The position numbers and the translations under genes are program-made. 13,858 bases of DNA from the NCBI GenBank assembly GCA_963787255.1, contig CAWBCJ010000014.1, positions 1-13,858 of the forward strand, written 5' to 3'. Shown here piece by piece: positions 8,466 through 13,858 of the stretch; the first letter of the stretch is position 1; each line of letters opens with the position of its first letter. A model generated the notes under the pieces. That model was not told where the DNA came from, searched no databases, and saw nothing but the letters and a program-made list of their open reading frames with translations. The stretch is from Methanobacteriota archaeon (GTDB lineage Archaea > Methanobacteriota > Methanobacteria > Methanobacteriales > Methanobacteriaceae).

Positions 8466-9412
8466 CATAAATAGAGGTAACACTTACCAATTATTTGTTG
8501 ATGCAGGTTACGAAGTTAAAGGATACGAACCTGGAAAAGAAGAAAACGAGATCAATATAGTAAATGACCCTGAAATTAAAGCATTTCTTACAAGGCCTCA
8601 AAGCGCTCCTGTGGAGCTTAATCGGGAAATTTTAGATCTTGCAATCATCGGCGAAGATTGGGTAAGGGAAGAATCGGTGAACACTGAAGGCGAACCAATT
8701 AGAAAGATCGGCGACCTTAACTACGGTCAAACACGTCTTATTGTAGCTATACCAACTGAAGATCCTTACGATACACTTGACAGATTTTTTTAGGGCTAAT
8801 GCAGACCGTAAAACCCCAATATTATGCTTTACAGAATATCCGAACCTCACAAGGCAGCATTTCATGCAAAATGAAGGTTACAAAGAATTATTCGGCGACG
8901 CCAAACCGTTAGTTCAGGTAAGGGGATTGTGGGATGGTGATAATAAGCAGGTTCAGGTGATTAATTCTGATGGTGCTACTGAGGTTTATATTGCTAAAGG
9001 TGCGGATCTGGTGGTTGATAATACGCAGACTGGTGGTAGTCTTAAAAAGGCGGGGCTTAAGATTCTAGAGACTATTATGGAGTCTAGTGCTGGTCTTTAT
9101 GCTGGTCCAGGTTGTACTGGTAGGAAGGCTGATAAGGCGAAGACTATGTTTGAGCAGCTTTTTGGCGCGATTGAGGCTAGACAATATTTTGATGTGAAGT
9201 TCAATATTTCTAATGATAGTGTGGATGAGGTTAAGGGTTTTTTAATGTCCAGAAAATTCTGTTCTAATGAGCCGACTGCTGTTAGTGGGTCCAGGTTTTC
9301 TCAGGTTAATGTTTTGATTCCTAAGACTAAGTTTCCGGCAATGTTGCGGGGAATTAAAAGTTATGGTGCTTCTGCTATTGTAAGGGATAATGTTAAGCAG
9401 TATGTAAAATAG
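8422..9412 (+). CDS. hisG: ATP phosphoribosyltransferase, divergent long form (HisG2-type paralog of Methanobacteriales); +1 frameshift at ~8776-8791
   Basis: [72 protein letters not shown] (PRPP-loop signature variant) and a C-terminal regulatory domain. Removing one base joins 8422-8793 and 8777-9412 into 329 aa. Confidence 0.88.
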
Positions 9413-9415
9413 TAT

Positions 9416-9445
9416 GGGAAGAATTTTAATCCCTAATTTTTTTTT
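9416..9445 (+). terminator. Short hairpin plus T9 terminator after hisG
   Basis: GGGA (9416-9419) ... TCCC (9430-9433), then a T-run at 9437-9445, in the convergent hisG/CDF intergenic region. Confidence 0.5.
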
Positions 9446-9514
9446 ATTTCAGTTTAATTTGCAGTTTATTATTTAAATCCTTTTTAATGTTTTAATTTAA
9501 TGTTTTTTAAGAAT

Positions 9515-10381
9515 TTAATCTTTATTATAGGGTTCTAAATGTATAAAAACTTCTTCTACTCCTGGAAGAGATTCTTTAATTTTTAATTCTACTTTATCTC
9601 CTATTTCATGTGCTTCTTCGATAGAACAGGAAGAATCAACTGCGATATGTAGATCTATATAGCATTGAGATTTTTTGCCTCTGGTTCTTATTTTATGAAT
9701 TTCAATAACTCCAGGTACTGATCCTGCAATGTTTACAATAATATCATCACTGACAATTGATTTATCCAGCAAAACTTCAGAACTTTCTTTAATTATGTCA
9801 ATACCTGTTTTAGCAATTAATATTGCAATTCCTAAAGCTATAATCGGATCTGCCCATACATATCCTGCACTAATTGCAAAGAATCCAAATATAACTGCCA
9901 ATGAAGCATAAATATCACTTCGAGTATGCATAGAGTCTGCAACAAGAATTTTACTATCTAATTCTCGTCCTTTTTTGTGCTCATACCATGAAACACCTAA
10001 GTTGATTAGAATTGTGATTCCCATAACTAAAAAACTGATTGTAGTTATTTCAGGGGTTGAAGGATTAAAAAATCGGCCTATTGCTGATTGAATAATCTCC
10101 AAACACACTAAAAAAAGAAGTACGGCAATTATTATGGATGAAAATGTTTCTATTTTCCAATGTCCGTACCGATGTTCTTTATCTGCCGGTCTTGAAGCTA
10201 ATGTGATTCCAACAATTCCTACTACGTTGGATGCGCCATCAAAAAAGGAATGGAAACCATCTGTAAGCATGCTTAAAGAATTAGAATAATATCCATACAG
10301 GACTTTGGCTAGAGCCACCGCTATGTTAAGTATCAAAATTATAACAAGAATTCTTCTAACAGTGCGGTAATATTCGTTCAA
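9515..10381 (-). CDS. Cation diffusion facilitator (FieF/YiiP-like) metal transporter
   Basis: TM2 DGFHSFFD and TM5 DSMHTRSD (HxxxD/HxxxD metal site A), PADKEHRYGHWKIE loop, C-terminal dimerisation domain ending FIHLEP; TTG start with GGAG SD. Confidence 0.95.
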   Translation of the reverse strand: MNEYYRTVRRILVIILILNIAVALAKVLYGYYSNSLSMLTDGFHSFFDGASNVVGIVGITLASRPADKEHRYGHWKIETFSSIIIAVLLFLVCLEIIQSAIGRFFNPSTPEITTISFLVMGITILINLGVSWYEHKKGRELDSKILVADSMHTRSDIYASLAVIFGFFAISAGYVWADPIIALGIAILIAKTGIDIIKESSEVLLDKSIVSDDIIVNIAGSVPGVIEIHKIRTRGKKSQCYIDLHIAVDSSCSIEEAHEIGDKVELKIKESLPGVEEVFIHLEPYNKD

Positions 10382-10455
10382 TGAATAATCTCCACTTATA
10401 AATATCTGGTTATAATTAGTAATAAATTAATTATTATAATCTTAATTTCATCGTA

Positions 10456-11244
10456 TTATTTATGTATTTGCATTTTTATGTATTCATTCCATCTCATATT
10501 GAACATATCGACCATAGAAGATGCTACTGCAGGGCTAGGGATCCACAAAGCAACTACCTTGTCGAGATCTAAAATGTCTTCATTTATTTTGGGGAACATG
10601 ATTAACAATTCTTTTTCATCGACTATTACGTATTTGATGGGTGGTTTTCCTGAAATTATCATTTCTGGTTGAATATCAGCGAATGCTTTTACAAGGTCAA
10701 TTTCACCTTCACTGGTCTTTATAACATCTCCTGATATAATTCGAAAGCTAATATTATTTCTTTTGGCTTTTAAGATGATAGATTTTAGAGATTCAACCTC
10801 TTCCGGAAAGTATAAATCACCAGTCATCATGATACTTTTCTTGGCTTTGGATACCATATCCAATGATTTAGCTGTAATGTTATTTTTGCCATGAATCAGC
10901 CATACTTTAGGCATTTCCTTTTTAATTTGCTGATCATACATCATTGATAGTTCACTTGATAGAGAATCGATTTGGGTAAAAAGATTTACTCTAAGTTCAT
11001 CGATTATTCCTCGTGGATCTCGAGCAGTGAATAACTTTGGCCTTCCTTGCTCCACATTTATCCATCCATCTTCTTCTAGCTTAGTTAACACATCATAAAT
11101 TTTTGTCCTTGGTATGTTTGCCTCTTCGGCAATCTTTGTAGCGTTAATTGGTCCAAATGTTGTTATAACGATGTAGGTCTTTGCACTATAATGTGTTAAG
11201 CCTAATTTTTGTAAAGTAGATAGCATTTTCTCATCAAACATCAT
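10456..11244 (-). CDS. TrmB family transcriptional regulator
   Basis: LQKLGLTHYSAKTY...IAEEANIPRTKIYDVLTKLEEDGWI...GRPKLF wHTH, followed by a PLD-like effector domain (AKKSIMM, KYVIVDEKELLI, MFNMRW). Confidence 0.95.
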   Translation of the reverse strand: MMFDEKMLSTLQKLGLTHYSAKTYIVITTFGPINATKIAEEANIPRTKIYDVLTKLEEDGWINVEQGRPKLFTARDPRGIIDELRVNLFTQIDSLSSELSMMYDQQIKKEMPKVWLIHGKNNITAKSLDMVSKAKKSIMMTGDLYFPEEVESLKSIILKAKRNNISFRIISGDVIKTSEGEIDLVKAFADIQPEMIISGKPPIKYVIVDEKELLIMFPKINEDILDLDKVVALWIPSPAVASSMVDMFNMRWNEYIKMQIHK

Positions 11245-11270
11245 ATCTTTTGTCTCCTGTTCACCTATTA

Positions 11271-11300
11271 AAGTTACATTACATTTATATTGGTTACCAT
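11271..11300. promoter_or_regulatory. Shared divergent promoter of trmB/MFS with candidate operator
   Basis: 83-bp intergenic region; TTTATAT at 11284-11290 flanked by GTTAC at 11273-11277 and 11293-11297; TGGTTACCA (11291-11299) is a palindrome with a 1-nt centre. Confidence 0.45.
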
Positions 11301-11327
11301 TTTATTTAAGTATAAGGAGAATAGAAA

Positions 11328-12714
11328 ATGGAAACACAAATACCTGTTACAGACAAAAAAGTAAATAAAACAGCTATTTTGTTGATTGCTACTATAGCTT
11401 CTTTTTTAAGTCCATTTATGGCTATTTCAATAAATATTGCACTTCCTACAATTTCAAGCGAATTAGCAGTAAATGCAATCCTTTTAAGCTGGATTTCAAC
11501 AGCATATCTTTTAACATCTGCAATGCTTGCAGTTCCTTTCGGTAGAATTGCTGATATTTATGGAATGAAAAAAATCTTTACATATGGTATTGTAATTCTC
11601 ACTGTCTGCTTCTTTTTTGGCAGCTATATCTCCCTCAGTCGAATTTCTTATTATAACCCGGGCTGTTCAGGGTATTGGAAGTGCAATGATATTTGTTACA
11701 GGACTTGCTATGGTAACATCAGTATTTCCTCCCAAAGAAAGAGGTAAAGCAATAGGAATAAATATCACCGCACTTTATATAGGATTTGTCTTGAGTCCGG
11801 TCTTGGGGGGCTTTTTAACAGAATATTTTGGCTGGAGAAGTATCTTTTATTTAGTCCTGCCCTTGGGATTACTTGTAATTGCACTTGTATTTTGGAAAAT
11901 GAAAGGAAAAGAATGGGCAGAATGTAAAGGTGAAAAACTGGACTATTGGGGATCTTTACTTTATATCATTATGCTTGCACTGACTTTAATAGGATTCTCG
12001 ACTATTACAAGCACACTTGGAATGTTAATGGTCATTTTAGGCATTATAGGGTTTATAAGTTTTGTAATTTATGAATTAAGGGTTGAACAACCAGTTTTAG
12101 ATATGAGATTATTTTTTAAAAATAGGATGTTCGCGTTTTCTAATCTGGCAGCGCTTATAAGTTATATGGGTATATTTGCAGTTGTTTTTCTGTTGAGTCT
12201 ATACTTACAGTTTATAAAAGGATTTGATCCTCAAGTAGTTGGATTAATTCTTGTAGTTCAAACTGTTTTCATGGTGATCATGTCTCCTATTGCAGGTAGA
12301 CTTTCTGATAAGATCGAACCTAGAAAATTAGCTACACTGGGAATGGCAATAATAACTATTGGGCTATTAATCTTTGCATTGATAACAGCTGAAACCAGTT
12401 TATATGTTATAATATTAGGTTTAGCTATTTTAGGGACTGGAATTGGACTATTTTCAGCTCCCAACACAAATGCTATTATGGGATCAGTAGAAAGGAAATA
12501 TTTCGGTGTAGCGTCTGCAACAGTAAGTACAATGAGACTTATAGGCCAGACTTTGGGTATGGGAATGATTTTAGTAATATTTGCAGTTTATATTGGGGCA
12601 GTTCAATTTAATCCACAAAATTATCCAGAACTCTTAGCAAGTATACAAGTAGCCTTCCTTATCTCAGTAATATTAAGTATAATAGCAATTTTTGCATCCC
12701 TAGCCCGGAAATAA
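11328..12714 (+). CDS. MFS drug:H+ antiporter-like transporter (DHA2/EmrB-QacA type); +1 frameshift at ~11607-11618
   Basis: INIALPTI (motif D1), FGRIADIYGMKK (motif A), RAVQGIG (motif B), FPPKERGKAIG, GGFLTEYFGWRSIF, LD..G, AGRLSDKI. Removing one T gives ...LTVASFLAAISPS... and a 461-aa product. AGGAG SD upstream. Confidence 0.93.
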
Positions 12715-12893
12715 AGTAAAATTTTATCCAAAAAAGACAATAGAATCCCTCAAACTATAGAATCAATGCTTGTTAAGGGATTGTGCTTTGCTGGGGGGGG
12801 AATAATTTTTTTTGTTAAGCATTGAAAAATTCCATTTTTTTTGTTAAGATTTATCTATTGTGAAATTATAATTATGATTTGGTGATTAAAAAA

Positions 12894-13238
12894 ATGATGA
12901 AGGGAGATATAAAAACTGCTTATTACATACAAGATGCACCTGAAGCAGTAATTATTTTTGCAAGATTTGAAGTAGTTGAAGAACTTGAAAACAGTGGAGA
13001 AATAGTAGATTTTTATGAGAGAACAAGAAAATTTGGATTATATCTAAGCAAAGAACTTGATTTTAGTGTATTTACAAGTGTTATACCCGATACTGCAATA
13101 CAATTTCCAACATCAAACCTTTATGTAATAGAAGCCATGACAATAATTCCTAAAACTGAAAATTTCCAAGAAAAAATAAGTAATGTTGAAAAAAGTCTTA
13201 AAGAAGCTATTTTGAATAGTTCTCCAAAATTTTATTAA
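12894..13238 (+). CDS. Hypothetical protein (~114 aa)
   Basis: Open frame with native-like codon usage. GGTGA (12881-12885) lies 8 nt before ATG 12894, favouring this start over TTG 12879. The stop overlaps the convergent gene's stop by 4 nt. No recognised motif. Confidence 0.75.
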   Translation: MMKGDIKTAYYIQDAPEAVIIFARFEVVEELENSGEIVDFYERTRKFGLYLSKELDFSVFTSVIPDTAIQFPTSNLYVIEAMTIIPKTENFQEKISNVEKSLKEAILNSSPKFY

Positions 13239-13774
13239 TTCAATCCTTGTTTTGAAGCCTTTTCCTCTTTTTTAAAGTTTAAATATTTCCAATAAACAAA
13301 TATACGGCGTGAAACCATCGCACCAAGTGTCATAATAAGAAACGCAGCAGTTAAAAGGTCTAATCCTACGAATCCGGTGCCACCCAGTACGTTTTTACCA
13401 TACACTTTTAATAATATAATTGCAATCCATATAAATACTGCAATAAATGAACCTTTTAAAATCATAGCCCCATTTTCATCAATTTTAACTTCAAAGAATT
13501 TGCCAATTAAAATGCCTACTAATAGGCCTATTATAAGTGCCGCTAAGATAACTGCAACGTTAAATGCACTTATAAGTTCACTGTTAACTATTGGAATAGT
13601 TATATAAGCTACTAAAATGGGCATGATGAATAATGTCCATAATTTAACTTTTCTCTGGCGTAACTGTAATATAATGATTAGAAGAATCACTAGGAGAAAA
13701 CCCTGATTATTCATTAGATTACTGTCTGGCATTATTACTGTCATTTTTCTTAATTCACCAATTTTCACTTTCAT
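13235..13774 (-). CDS. CcdC/DUF1453-like integral membrane protein
   Basis: About five hydrophobic segments; QLRQRKVK..LFIMP, GLLVGILIGKFFEV...LKGS and C-terminal RRIFVYWKY patterns resemble DUF1453/CcdC (recalled). The true start may be a downstream Met. Confidence 0.7.
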   Translation of the reverse strand: MKVKIGELRKMTVIMPDSNLMNNQGFLLVILLIIILQLRQRKVKLWTLFIMPILVAYITIPIVNSELISAFNVAVILAALIIGLLVGILIGKFFEVKIDENGAMILKGSFIAVFIWIAIILLKVYGKNVLGGTGFVGLDLLTAAFLIMTLGAMVSRRIFVYWKYLNFKKEEKASKQGLN

Positions 13775-13858
13775 TTTATTTCTTACATGATGTTTGTGAT
13801 TTAATTATTTAAAGTAATGGTTTGATTAATGATTGATAACTTTTTTTTTAATTAAAAA

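Noticed and set aside
8791-8793. Pyrrolysine read-through of the amber codon in hisG
   Set aside because: Read-through would not restore the frame (the continuation is +1), and Methanobacteriales are not typical Pyl users.
11617-11747. Two overlapping MFS genes
   Set aside because: The tail of ORF 11328-11747 after ~11607 is out-of-frame sequence; one base removal gives a single canonical transporter.
1565-13607. Antisense shadow ORFs (1565-1894, 3196-3411, 3625-3843, 4607-4792, 6480-6668, 8632-8865, 9729-9911, 10478-10672, 12258-12467, 13377-13607)
   Set aside because: All lie opposite well-supported genes and have the biased composition typical of reverse-frame artefacts.

Overview
AT-rich archaeal chromosomal DNA, most consistent with a Methanobacterium-like methanogen (GGTGA/GGAG Shine-Dalgarno sites, TATA boxes, oligo-T terminators, TrmB regulator, COG1672 ATPase, HisG2-type paralog, multi-PAS kinase). 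Gene order: 3' end of a DUF1802-like gene; an unannotated 42-aa Cys-motif small ORF (minus); flavodoxin; Zn-ribbon hypothetical protein; six-PAS histidine kinase; COG1672 ATPase-wHTH preceded by ~46-bp-periodic repeats; AI-2E transporter (minus); partial PAS ORF; divergent long HisG; CDF metal transporter (minus); divergent TrmB/MFS pair; hypothetical protein; CcdC/DUF1453-like membrane protein (minus). Five loci are broken by frameshifts, and each one I could reconstruct is a single extra base, which points to long-read consensus error rather than biology. I found no rRNA, tRNA, CRISPR array or mobile element. No clearly novel multi-gene system is evident. The best leads are the repeat array upstream of the ATPase, the orphan HisG paralog with its upstream PAS fragment and abrupt codon-skew switch, the Cys microprotein and the Zn-ribbon/nuclease-like protein.
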